A stretch of DNA of 28,085 bases, taken from contig JBCCQY010000119.1 of NCBI GenBank assembly GCA_039208735.1, positions 1 through 28,085 on the forward strand. The letters are read 5' to 3'. Origin of the DNA: Myxococcota bacterium (lineage in GTDB: Bacteria; Myxococcota_A; UBA796; GCA-2862545). The notes under the pieces were generated by a model. The model ran no database searches. It was not told the origin of the DNA and saw only the letters and a program-made list of their open reading frames with translations. Position numbers and translations under genes: made by a program. This document shows positions 16,889 through 25,916 of this stretch, piece after piece (the first letter of the stretch is position 1; every line of letters begins with the position of its first letter).

Positions 16889-19135
16889 CTACCGCAGCCC
16901 CGATCTCCGGCGGATGAACCACGCAAAGGTGGCGGCAATGCACACGATCAAGCCGAGCAAAGGGGCCCGCCAGATGGGAACTTCGCGCACATCCTGGACC
17001 ATTCGCCCGGCGTCCGGGTCGAGCTTGAGCGACCCAAAGTCTCCTGGCGCATGGTGTACGCCATCGGTGGCGGCGGCAAGCCACACGAGGAACGACGAGT
17101 CTGGCGCTACCTCGTCAACCTCCGGATCGCGGGTGGTGACCGCGAATACGGTGTTGGCGTCGCCCACCGCTTTGCCTTCGCGAGCGACCTTCACCGAAAC
17201 ACGATGGGTGCCTGACCGCTCCGCCGGCACTGCGATGACCACCTCACCATCGCGGTTGGTCTGGCCTTGGAACTCGCTCGACTTGCCCTCATTGTTGATG
17301 GTGAGCGCCACCTCGGCGTTCGGCATGGGCGCAAAACCCGGATCACGAGCCCGAACCACGATGCGAACGTCTTCTCCGACGGCGTAGTTCTCTCGTGGCG
17401 TATCGACGGTCACGCGGGCGGTGGTGGAGTCCTTCATCAGCCATCGGATCGCGTTCTTCCAGAAGCGAAGGTAGGTCTGGTTGCCCCGACCTTCGGCGGC
17501 TTCCGACAACGACCACCGCCAGGAGGCATCGACGGTGAGTGCCATGGAGCGCCCCTTCCCGACCTCACGCACGGCTAGCACGGGCAGCGGCTGGCCATCC
17601 GTGTCGCGAGCCGTGGGATGCGTGAGGAGTACCGCAGCGTCGGACTTGGCACGTTGGACGACGTTGGTGCCGTCCAGCGGATGAAGTCGGTCCCACCACT
17701 GGGCGTTTTCGGTCGGCTCCGCCACGAGCCGGGTGACGGGGTGCCGAGCGCCTTCTTCGGACAGGGCGGGGCGGAACGGAGAGAGGTCCGGCTCGGCATC
17801 GAGGCTCGAGATCTCAACCGGAAGGATGTCCGCGAGCGGAGTATCGCCGTAGCCTCCGAGGCCGAACGAGCGGTCGCCGCCGAGCATCACGAGCGCCCCG
17901 CCGTCCTTGACGTAGCGCTCCAAGTTGCCGAGCAATCGCGTGCTTCGCCCGCTGAAGTAGGGGCCATAGTCGAAGTTCTGGAAGACCACGACATCGAAGG
18001 TCCACAGGTCTTCGTCGAACAGCCGCTCGTACGGGAACTGAATGAGTGACAGCTCATGCTCGCGGTACTGGCTGACGGGGTCGCGTTGGGTTCGCAAGAT
18101 GAAGAAGGAGACGAGCTGCACACTCGGATCGCCCTTCAAGAACCGACGAAGGAACTTCACATCCCACGAGGGAGCGCCGGCCACTTGCAACACGCGGATG
18201 CGATCGCGCACCACCCGGACCACGACGGGCATCGTGTTGTTCGCGGGCACCGCATCGCCTTCGTAGACGGGCGCGGTGACGGCATAGGCGAAGCGGCCGG
18301 CCGCTTCCGCCACCACCTCAAAGGTGACCTTGCCCTCCCCAGACTTGTCGAACGTCACCGACGTTTCAGTGATGAGGGCGCCATCTCGCGTCAGCGAGAC
18401 GGGAATGGTGCGACCTTCGAACCCAATTCCTTGGAGCGACGCTTCGATTTGGAAGGGGGCTCGGATGAACGCGAAGCCGCCGGTGTCGACCGATCGAACG
18501 GCGAGGTCCACCACCTCGGTGACCTCTCCGGTTTCGAACACCGTCAGCGGGCCAGGCACCACCGGAGGAGCTGGCTTGTCCTCACGGCGAAACCGCTGGC
18601 GCAGCAACCCGCGATCGAGCCCATCGGTCACGACGACCACGCCCGCGAGCTGCTCGCCCGCAACGCGTTCGGACAGGGCTTCGAGGGCGCCTTCGAGGTC
18701 GGTGCCCGGCAAGTCGAAGGTCTGGGTCGGGCCTACGACCAGGTCGTCGCCGAAGTGGTAGAAGTCCACAGCATCGTCTGGCGCTTGTCGCTCGATGTGG
18801 CGCAGGATGCCGTCGACCGCCGCCGACCGAGGGGCTCCGTTCTCCATCACCGCCATCGAGCGGCTGCTATCGACAAGCACGGCCACACGGCCGGGCTCCT
18901 GCCGACCCTCTTCCTCGATCCAGACGGGGCGCGCGATAGCAAAGACAAGGCCGGCCAGTGCGATGGCCAATGCACCAAGCTCGCCCGCCCGCGATGAAAG
19001 CGGTCGGGGCCCCACCGAGGCAGCGAGCCAGACGATGAGCGCCGCGACGATGGCGACCACAATCCAAAGTTCGGAAGTCTGCCAGGCGAGGCGACCTCCG
19101 GCTGAGAGTGCGCCTCCGAGCAACCAATCGATCAT
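16889..19135 (-). CDS. Membrane-anchored vWA + Ig-like + GATase1-like (DUF1355-type) protein
   Basis: Two N-terminal TMs; MIDAS DSSRSM..GTDL..VVTDG; NN.....V.V..RIRVLQVAGAPSWDVKFLRRFL; ELSLIQFP; YVKDGGALVMLGGDRSF; GKGRS..SWRW..FW.NAIRWL; C-terminal TM ending WFIRRRSGLR. Confidence 0.88.
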   Translation of the reverse strand: MIDWLLGGALSAGGRLAWQTSELWIVVAIVAALIVWLAASVGPRPLSSRAGELGALAIALAGLVFAIARPVWIEEEGRQEPGRVAVLVDSSRSMAVMENGAPRSAAVDGILRHIERQAPDDAVDFYHFGDDLVVGPTQTFDLPGTDLEGALEALSERVAGEQLAGVVVVTDGLDRGLLRQRFRREDKPAPPVVPGPLTVFETGEVTEVVDLAVRSVDTGGFAFIRAPFQIEASLQGIGFEGRTIPVSLTRDGALITETSVTFDKSGEGKVTFEVVAEAAGRFAYAVTAPVYEGDAVPANNTMPVVVRVVRDRIRVLQVAGAPSWDVKFLRRFLKGDPSVQLVSFFILRTQRDPVSQYREHELSLIQFPYERLFDEDLWTFDVVVFQNFDYGPYFSGRSTRLLGNLERYVKDGGALVMLGGDRSFGLGGYGDTPLADILPVEISSLDAEPDLSPFRPALSEEGARHPVTRLVAEPTENAQWWDRLHPLDGTNVVQRAKSDAAVLLTHPTARDTDGQPLPVLAVREVGKGRSMALTVDASWRWSLSEAAEGRGNQTYLRFWKNAIRWLMKDSTTARVTVDTPRENYAVGEDVRIVVRARDPGFAPMPNAEVALTINNEGKSSEFQGQTNRDGEVVIAVPAERSGTHRVSVKVAREGKAVGDANTVFAVTTRDPEVDEVAPDSSFLVWLAAATDGVHHAPGDFGSLKLDPDAGRMVQDVREVPIWRAPLLGLIVCIAATFAWFIRRRSGLR

Positions 19136-19881
19136 TCGAGACGCCCCTCTTTCATAAGCTGGCGCACGTGGGCCTGATCCTTTTTGTAGTTGGCCGTCAG
19201 GCTGTACATCAGCAGGTTGATGGCGAGCTTCACGGCCTCACGGCGCTGGAGTTCACCGCCGGGCACGCAGCTGTGAATGGGGCGGCCGTCGAGCCCGCGG
19301 TCCAGCGCACCCGAAAGGTCGTTGCGACAGTAGATCACGGGGGAAAGGTTGCCGACGGTGACCCCCTCGAGGAACCGATGGCGATCGAGACGCCCCAGTG
19401 GCCGATCGAGCAGGAAGAACGTTCGATAGATGCTGTGGTCCGAAGGCAGCGGGCTCAATGGCCGCGTGGGAAACAGGCGCGACACCAGGCGACGGGCGGA
19501 GGTGTCGAAGCCGCCTTTGTCGGCCCCGGTGGTGTCGTCGATGAGCAGAAAGCCGCCGTACTGTAGGAATCGTTGGAGCTGTTCGAGGCCCTCGCTCTCG
19601 ACCTTGTCGAAGGTGTCAGCGCCGACCAACACGAGAAACGGATGCTGAAAGAGGGTCGGTTCGTCAGGCTCCACCTGAACCGCGCGCGCGGCACACTCGA
19701 CCGATGTGGTCTGGATGACCTCGTAAAGAAGCCGCTTCCAGGCGTTTGGTCGAGATAGGGTTCCCGCGCCCAAATCGAGTTCAGCGATGTCGACAAGGGC
19801 TGGCTCCCCAAACGCCAGGGCGCGGGATGGCACCAGGCCGAGACTGGCCAGCGCTGTGAGGACGCGTCGGCGGTCGATCAT
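19132..19881 (-). CDS. DUF4159-like protein with Tat-type signal peptide
   Basis: MIDRRRVLTALASLGLVPSRALA signal; LFQHPFLVLVG, LQRFLQYGGFLLIDD, LPSDHSIYRTFF, LEGV, NDLSGAL, LAINLLMYSLTANYKKDQAH. ATG 19881 overlaps the upstream TGA. Confidence 0.88.
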   Translation of the reverse strand: MIDRRRVLTALASLGLVPSRALAFGEPALVDIAELDLGAGTLSRPNAWKRLLYEVIQTTSVECAARAVQVEPDEPTLFQHPFLVLVGADTFDKVESEGLEQLQRFLQYGGFLLIDDTTGADKGGFDTSARRLVSRLFPTRPLSPLPSDHSIYRTFFLLDRPLGRLDRHRFLEGVTVGNLSPVIYCRNDLSGALDRGLDGRPIHSCVPGGELQRREAVKLAINLLMYSLTANYKKDQAHVRQLMKEGRLE

Positions 19882-21944
19882 GCGGTCTCCAAAGCACTTT
19901 GTCCGGGATCTCGGGAGGAGGACCGTAGCGACCACGCGGCCTGACCCACGAACAGGAGCAGCGCTGCGGCGAGGAACCAGGGAGAAAGGTCGAGTTCGGT
20001 GGTCAGTAGGTCCGGAGCGAGGTCGCGTTCGATAGATTCTACCGAACTGGTTCGGCGAACATCACTCTCTTGGGGATCGACATTGACGGCCACGAAGGCA
20101 AGTGGTGGCGCGCTCTCGATTTCGAGACGGTAGGCCCCTGCTTCCTCGGGTGTAAACAGCACTTGAGCGCCCTGGATACGGCTGCGTACTGGCCCGTCCG
20201 GGCCATGGACGGTCGGCTCGATGGCCAAGTCCGGGAGGGGCACAGAAACGGTCTGGCCGACGGTCCCTTCGAATCGGGCCTGCATCGAACCTGCTTCTCC
20301 GCCGAGGTACGAGACCAACCGCTGCACCATGGGCATGAAGACAGACTGTAAAGGGAGATTACTCCAGCCCAAGTCGACGGTCGACGTCCATACCACCACC
20401 CGGCCCGTGCCGATGCGTCGTTCGACGAGGGCAGGAAGGCCTGACTCGTAGGACAACAACACATCAACATCGTCGTCGGCGTTCGGGTCGAAGGTCTCAA
20501 AGGTGAGCACGGTGTGGCTGCGCACCTCTGAGAACGCGCCCCGGCCGCCCCGGCGGAACGGTGAGAACAGCGGTTCGGCGATGTCAGGCAGCGCGACGGG
20601 AACCCCATCCTCACCGCGATCCGCAAGAGACCTAGACTGTCGGAAGGGAGCAGGTAGAATGCTGCCGAGTGCCGCGTTGTAGCGATCGCTCGTGACGTTG
20701 TCGCCCCCGGTGAGGACCAGGTTGCCCCCGCCCCGGACGAACTCGGTGAGTCGAGGTCCAAACGGCCGCGGGTCCGGCACGTTGGCCAGGAACACCACGC
20801 GATGGACCTCGGGGTCGAGGTCGAGGAGGCCCACCGGAGCCGTCACGTCGATAGAGACCCCCGACCGCAGGCCACCCCAGGGGGCAAGCGCACGTTCGAG
20901 GAAGTAAATCTCGGACCGGGTGGGGGTGTCGCCCGGATCGCCATCGACGACAAGCACCCGCGAGGCTCCAATCTTGGGCAGATGGAAGTAGCGCGCGTCG
21001 TCGAGTTGAAGGTCTGGGTCATCGCAGCGGACCTCACCGACCCCACCCTGCGCTTCGCGAGGGATGGTGATGCGCTCCTCGGCTTCCCCATCGGGAGGGA
21101 GGTCCACGAAGATGGGGATGGAGGCTCCGTCGGGGAGCGTGACTTCGCAGCCCACCTCGGTCGGGTCGGGCCCGAAGTTCGCCACCCGCAAGACGACCTG
21201 ACCGCCCTCCATGCCATCGCGGTACCGCGCTTGGGTCACGGCGACGTTGCGCGGCGGATCGGCATGGATGTCTTGCGAAAGGATGGCCGAGCGTTGTTCG
21301 ACGAGTCGGGCAATCTCGGCCGACGCCTCGGGGATCATCCGGGGTCCCGCTTCATCCGAAAACAGCAGCACTTCGCCGGGTTCGCCGCCAAGAAGGCGGC
21401 GTGCTTCGAGCAGCGCCTCGCGAAGGTTGGACCCGCCCGACGAGGGTTGAACGGCCTCGATTTGAGCGGCCACCCGCCCATGGTCCGACGTCAGTACGTT
21501 GGTGAGTCGCAGTGCGTTGTCGTCGTAGACCACCAGGCCGAGGCCTACGCCTTCGGGAAGCCCTTGCACCACATCGATGGCCCGTTCCCGTGCTCGCTGC
21601 AGCAGGGTGGTGCCACCGTCTTGCAACGACATCGACAGCGAGCGGTCGATGACCAGGACGACCTGCCCCGTTCCACCGAACTCAGCGGGGCCGCCGGGGA
21701 TGGTCCATTGGGGGCCGGCCAGCGCGAGGATGAGGGCCAGCAGAGCCAACACCCGCAAGGCCAGGAGCCACGGGTCTTTGAGGCGTCGTCGCCGGCGGAG
21801 TCGCTTGACCACGCGTTCGAGCAGGAGCATGGCTCCAAACGCCTGTCGCGTTCGTGGCGTTTGTCGAGCCAAATGGGCGGCGATCGGTAGGAAGGCCATC
21901 ACCGCAAGGCCTAAGGCCAACGGAGCGAACCAAGACAGGCTCAT
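19878..21944 (-). CDS. BatA N-terminal double-TM + vWA + GATase-like membrane protein
   Basis: W.AP..L..LPIAAHL......F.AM.LL...RRRL....LLALRVLALLALILALAGP (BatA); VIDRSLSM MIDAS, LLFSD; DDARY..VLVVDGD; FVRGGGNLV; GRVV..WSNLPL..F.PM; AVNVDPQESD; C-terminal TM. Confidence 0.9.
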   Translation of the reverse strand: MSLSWFAPLALGLAVMAFLPIAAHLARQTPRTRQAFGAMLLLERVVKRLRRRRRLKDPWLLALRVLALLALILALAGPQWTIPGGPAEFGGTGQVVLVIDRSLSMSLQDGGTTLLQRARERAIDVVQGLPEGVGLGLVVYDDNALRLTNVLTSDHGRVAAQIEAVQPSSGGSNLREALLEARRLLGGEPGEVLLFSDEAGPRMIPEASAEIARLVEQRSAILSQDIHADPPRNVAVTQARYRDGMEGGQVVLRVANFGPDPTEVGCEVTLPDGASIPIFVDLPPDGEAEERITIPREAQGGVGEVRCDDPDLQLDDARYFHLPKIGASRVLVVDGDPGDTPTRSEIYFLERALAPWGGLRSGVSIDVTAPVGLLDLDPEVHRVVFLANVPDPRPFGPRLTEFVRGGGNLVLTGGDNVTSDRYNAALGSILPAPFRQSRSLADRGEDGVPVALPDIAEPLFSPFRRGGRGAFSEVRSHTVLTFETFDPNADDDVDVLLSYESGLPALVERRIGTGRVVVWTSTVDLGWSNLPLQSVFMPMVQRLVSYLGGEAGSMQARFEGTVGQTVSVPLPDLAIEPTVHGPDGPVRSRIQGAQVLFTPEEAGAYRLEIESAPPLAFVAVNVDPQESDVRRTSSVESIERDLAPDLLTTELDLSPWFLAAALLLFVGQAAWSLRSSSRDPGQSALETA

Positions 21945-22894
21945 CGCGTGCCTCGCAGGTGCCCGCGTTCGTCTTGCACCGCGGCTCGGATGACGCGTTC
22001 CAGAGGAACGTCGGTCGACACAGGCAGGTAGCGGCCACCGACCTTCACCACGCCCTGTTCCACCTCGGCTTGGTACTCCTGGGCGACTTGGGTGAACGCC
22101 GCCACGGCTCCCTGAGGGTCTACGGCGAGTTCCTCACCGCCTTCGGGGCTGTAAAAGAGCGAGGGAGTCTCGAAATCGAGGCGCAGCTCGCCAGGGTCGT
22201 ACAGGTGGAAGAACCGAAGGTCCGCGCCACGCCGGGCGAACGCCGAGAGCGCTGGAAGCCAGTGACTCGGTTCTTCCATCCCATCGCTTAGGACGCCCAC
22301 GAAGCTCCGACGGCGCGTTCGGGCGCCAACGTTGGTGAGGGCCTGGCGAAGGTCGGCTCGGCCTCCTGGCCGCACCAAAGCCAGCTGGAGAAAGAGGTAT
22401 TGCAGGTGGTTCCGTCCCCCGCGAGGAGGGATGGAGCGATGGGAGATGCCATCGCCGGCCACGATTTCGAGGCCTACGGGCTCGCCGTGACGATGGAGAA
22501 AGTAGAGCAAGGAGGCGGCCAACACGAGTGCGTAGCCGGCCTTGCTCGCCCCAAGATCTGGCAACTGGGTCCGACCCTGGCGACCTGTGCCGAGGTCTCC
22601 CGACAGATCGACGACGATGGTGCAGGGAAGCTCGGTTTCGGTCTCGAAGCGTTTGACGACAAACCGGTCGGTCCGTCCCCAAACCCGCCAGTCCAGGCCG
22701 CGAAGGTCCATTCCCGGCAGATATTCTTGGTAGTCGGCGAATTCGATCGCTTGCCCAACGCGCAACGAGCGGTGCTCGCCTTGAAGCAGCGCGGTGGTGA
22801 GGTAGCGGGCTCGCAGGTGGAGATGACGAACCCGAGAAAGAACCTCGGCATCCCAGAGGTTGCGTGGGGTGTCCACGTCGACGACGCCGCTCAC
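21941..22894 (-). CDS. DUF58 (vWA-like) protein
   Basis: [69 protein letters not shown]. Confidence 0.93.
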   Translation of the reverse strand: MSGVVDVDTPRNLWDAEVLSRVRHLHLRARYLTTALLQGEHRSLRVGQAIEFADYQEYLPGMDLRGLDWRVWGRTDRFVVKRFETETELPCTIVVDLSGDLGTGRQGRTQLPDLGASKAGYALVLAASLLYFLHRHGEPVGLEIVAGDGISHRSIPPRGGRNHLQYLFLQLALVRPGGRADLRQALTNVGARTRRRSFVGVLSDGMEEPSHWLPALSAFARRGADLRFFHLYDPGELRLDFETPSLFYSPEGGEELAVDPQGAVAAFTQVAQEYQAEVEQGVVKVGGRYLPVSTDVPLERVIRAAVQDERGHLRGTR

Positions 22895-23874
22895 CCCACC
22901 TCCTCAAGGATCTGGTCGACGACCTTGTCGACGGTCATGCCCGCAGCCTCGGCTTCGAAATTGAGCAATACGCGATGGCGAAGGACAGCCGATGCGACCG
23001 AACGCACGTCCTCGGCCGTCGGCACCTCATTTCCACGCAGGGCCGCCCACGCCCGGGCTCCCACCGCCAAGTACTGGCTTGCCCGTGGACCTGCGCCCCA
23101 TCGGATCCACTTTGTGGCGTCGGTGCGGCTTTCCCCGGGCCGCGTCGCACTTGCGAGCCGCACACAGTACTTCACGACGTCGGGATTGGCAGGCAGGCGG
23201 CGCAAGAGCTGCTGCATGGCCACCAAATCTTCGGTCTCGATCACCTTTTCGGCCGATGGCAGGTCACCCACCGTCGTTCGCCGAACGATTTCCTCTTCCT
23301 CGTCGGGCGACGGGTAGCCCACGGGAATCGAGAACATGAAGCGGTCCTGCTGGGCTTCGGGAAGGGGGTAGGTGCCCTCTTGCTCAATCGGGTTCTGGGT
23401 CGCGAAGACGAGGAAGGGAGCGTCGAGCTTCCAGGTGCGTCCCGACGCGGTCACCGCCCGCTCCTGCATCGCCTGGAGCAGTGCAGCCTGGGTCTTGGGG
23501 GGGGTCCGGTTGATCTCATCGGCGAGCAGGAGGTTCGTGAACACCGGCCCCTGCATGAACCGCATCTCGCGTCGCCCGGTGGCCCGATCTTCTTCGAGGA
23601 CGTCGGTGCCTGTGATGTCGGACGGCATGAGGTCCGGCGTGAACTGAATCCGGCCAAAGTTCACCCCGACGGCTTCGGCGAGCGTCTGGACCAGCAGCGT
23701 TTTGGCGAGGCCCGGGACGCCGACGAAAAGGCAGTGTCCGTCCGCAAAGAGGGCCGTGAGCATCAGCTCGACCACCTTTTGCTGGCCCACCACCACCTTG
23801 CCGATCGATTCGATCAGCGCGTCGTGGGTGGTCCCGACGCGGTCGAACAGGGTCACATCATCCATTCCGATCAC
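22891..23874 (-). CDS. moxR: MoxR-family AAA+ ATPase
   Basis: [18 protein letters not shown] (Walker A), [38 protein letters not shown] (Walker B), [34 protein letters not shown]. Confidence 0.97.
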   Translation of the reverse strand: MIGMDDVTLFDRVGTTHDALIESIGKVVVGQQKVVELMLTALFADGHCLFVGVPGLAKTLLVQTLAEAVGVNFGRIQFTPDLMPSDITGTDVLEEDRATGRREMRFMQGPVFTNLLLADEINRTPPKTQAALLQAMQERAVTASGRTWKLDAPFLVFATQNPIEQEGTYPLPEAQQDRFMFSIPVGYPSPDEEEEIVRRTTVGDLPSAEKVIETEDLVAMQQLLRRLPANPDVVKYCVRLASATRPGESRTDATKWIRWGAGPRASQYLAVGARAWAALRGNEVPTAEDVRSVASAVLRHRVLLNFEAEAAGMTVDKVVDQILEEVG

Positions 23875-25916
23875 TCCGCGGCCAGCGCGTCCTGCACGGC
23901 CTTCTCGATCGCATCCATCGCACGCGGTCCTCCGCCCACGACCACCTCTCGAACTCGGCCTTCCCGATCGACGACCCAGACGGTGGGCAACGCGGTCACG
24001 TTGTAGCTTCCGGCCGTGATTCGGTTGGGATCGAGGGCAATCGTGTAGGGCACCGGGGTGGATTTGAGGAAATTCAACACCTTGCCCTTCGGTTCGTCGG
24101 TGATGCCGACAATCCGTAGGCCATCGTTGTCGTGGGCTTCGTAGAGTTTCGCCAGTTCAGGCATGGCCTCTCGACAGGGGCCGCACCACGTGGCCCAGAA
24201 ATCGAGAATGAGCACCTGCCCTTCATACATCGAGGGGCTTTTCAGAGCGCCATCGAGCGCAATCACGTTAAAGTCGGGGGCCTTCTTTCCCACGGCCTCG
24301 TCGCGCACCTTCTTCCGCGGTGGGCCCGCGTCTCCGTAGCTTGGAAGCTCGTACGTCCCTTGTTGGTCATGAATGGCCGCACGATCGACGTCGTCGCCGC
24401 CTCGACGGCGAATCTGGAGGGCCTTTTCATGCCTCCGAACGCCTTCTTCGTCACCAAGGGCCCGGTAGGCTTCGACGAGAAGCTGTTGCGTTTCGGGGTC
24501 GAAGGGGTGGATGGCCGCCGCCTCGGTCAATGCCCGTTGGGCTTTCTGGGCGCGCCCGGCGGAAAGGTGGAGTTCGCCGAGCGTTTTGTGAGACAGGGCG
24601 AACTCGGGATAATCGAGGAGGCTACGTTCGAGCACGTTCAAGGCGCCATCCGGCTCGCCAATGGCCAGCTGGGCCTGGGCGATCCGGTTCGAAAGCAGGG
24701 GAGACGGCGGCTCATCTTCGGGGATGGCCTTGCGGTACTCCACGAGTGACGCCCGGACGCGGCCTGCCTCACGGAGGATGTCGCCCAGCGTCACGAAGCG
24801 AGCCAAGTCCTTCCGTTCCGCGAGCAGCGGGTCGAGGTCGAGGTCGTCGCCGCCATCCAACACGGTGGGCAGCTCTGCGATGGTCCGCCCGGCCAACGGC
24901 TGCTGCTTCATCCAGGTCTTGTAGGCCTCCTCGAGTTCATCGAACGTGGCGAACCCCGTCGCCGCGGCCAAGGCATCGCGGGGGTCTCTGTCCTGGGCCA
25001 CCGCCGGTAGGGTGCGGAGCAGCACGTCTTCGCCGCCGCGGTCAAAACAGAATTGCATCAGGGTGGCGAGCTGGGCGTAGGCAAGCGCGGCCCGCTCTGC
25101 GGAAGGCAGCTTGGCCAAGGAAGGGTGCATTTCCTCGAACGATACGAGGTCGTCCGACTCAAGCGCATCCGCCATTAGCCCTTGTTGACGTACGGAAAGC
25201 CGAAATCGATCTGACCCGTCGCGCCAACGACCATCGAGGTACTTGGCGATGGCCTCTTGCAGCCACACGGGAGCCCGATCGTTGGTGTGATGGGCCACCA
25301 CGAGGTGGATGTACTCGTGGGCGATCGTGTCCTGCCAGGAGTAGCCGCGAGGAAGCGCACGGGGGCTGGTGACGAGAAGCTTGCCCCACTTCGCGAGCCC
25401 AACGACCCCCGTGGTGTAGACATCTTCCTTCTTGAGGCTACTCGAAGCGATGAAGGAGCGACCATCCGGGTACAGCTCGATGATCGTCCGCCCCGGGGGA
25501 GATCCGCCAAGCAGAGGGGAGATGTAGCGATCGGAGGCCTTGGCCGCGGCGATGCCGTCGGGCCACAGCATGGCATCCACGCCGGGCCGAAACCGGAACG
25601 TAAATCGTCCGTCGGTTTCTTCGACCCACCCCGCGGTGGCGTACATCGTACGCTCGAAGAGCGGCAGCTCCTCGTACCGGTCAGGGTACCCGAGGTCGAC
25701 GGCCCGTTTCATGGCAGCATGGGCTTCCGGGTAGCGACCTTGGTGAAAGCGTGTCTGGGCCAGGGCCGCGGCGACTCCGGGATCTTGGCTGTTCTCGGCG
25801 TCGAGTTTTGTCAGCACGCTTTCGGCGCAGGCGACATCGATGGCAGCGAGGCACCGGGCCACCCCGATCGGGTAGACCGCGTGGGCGTTGAGCAGGGTGA
25901 GCCAGATTCCGATCAT
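23871..25916 (-). CDS. Exported TPR / peptidase MA-like metalloprotease / TPR / TlpA-type thioredoxin fusion protein
   Basis: Short signal [16 protein letters not shown]-like helices; HEYIH (25305-25319) followed by [11 protein letters not shown] (gluzincin third ligand) and LAYAQ; further TPRs; C-terminal [36 protein letters not shown] (WCGPC at 24174-24188). One continuous frame. Confidence 0.9.
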   Translation of the reverse strand: MIGIWLTLLNAHAVYPIGVARCLAAIDVACAESVLTKLDAENSQDPGVAAALAQTRFHQGRYPEAHAAMKRAVDLGYPDRYEELPLFERTMYATAGWVEETDGRFTFRFRPGVDAMLWPDGIAAAKASDRYISPLLGGSPPGRTIIELYPDGRSFIASSSLKKEDVYTTGVVGLAKWGKLLVTSPRALPRGYSWQDTIAHEYIHLVVAHHTNDRAPVWLQEAIAKYLDGRWRDGSDRFRLSVRQQGLMADALESDDLVSFEEMHPSLAKLPSAERAALAYAQLATLMQFCFDRGGEDVLLRTLPAVAQDRDPRDALAAATGFATFDELEEAYKTWMKQQPLAGRTIAELPTVLDGGDDLDLDPLLAERKDLARFVTLGDILREAGRVRASLVEYRKAIPEDEPPSPLLSNRIAQAQLAIGEPDGALNVLERSLLDYPEFALSHKTLGELHLSAGRAQKAQRALTEAAAIHPFDPETQQLLVEAYRALGDEEGVRRHEKALQIRRRGGDDVDRAAIHDQQGTYELPSYGDAGPPRKKVRDEAVGKKAPDFNVIALDGALKSPSMYEGQVLILDFWATWCGPCREAMPELAKLYEAHDNDGLRIVGITDEPKGKVLNFLKSTPVPYTIALDPNRITAGSYNVTALPTVWVVDREGRVREVVVGGGPRAMDAIEKAVQDALAAE

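Noticed and set aside
16813..16938. N-terminal extensions in the ORF track for EF-G (also bestrophin 8667, kinase 10339, DoxX 12004, DUF4159 19935, lipoprotein 6501)
   Set aside because: The extensions are low-complexity or overlap neighbouring genes. Internal starts have an RBS or ATGA coupling and match the expected family N-termini.
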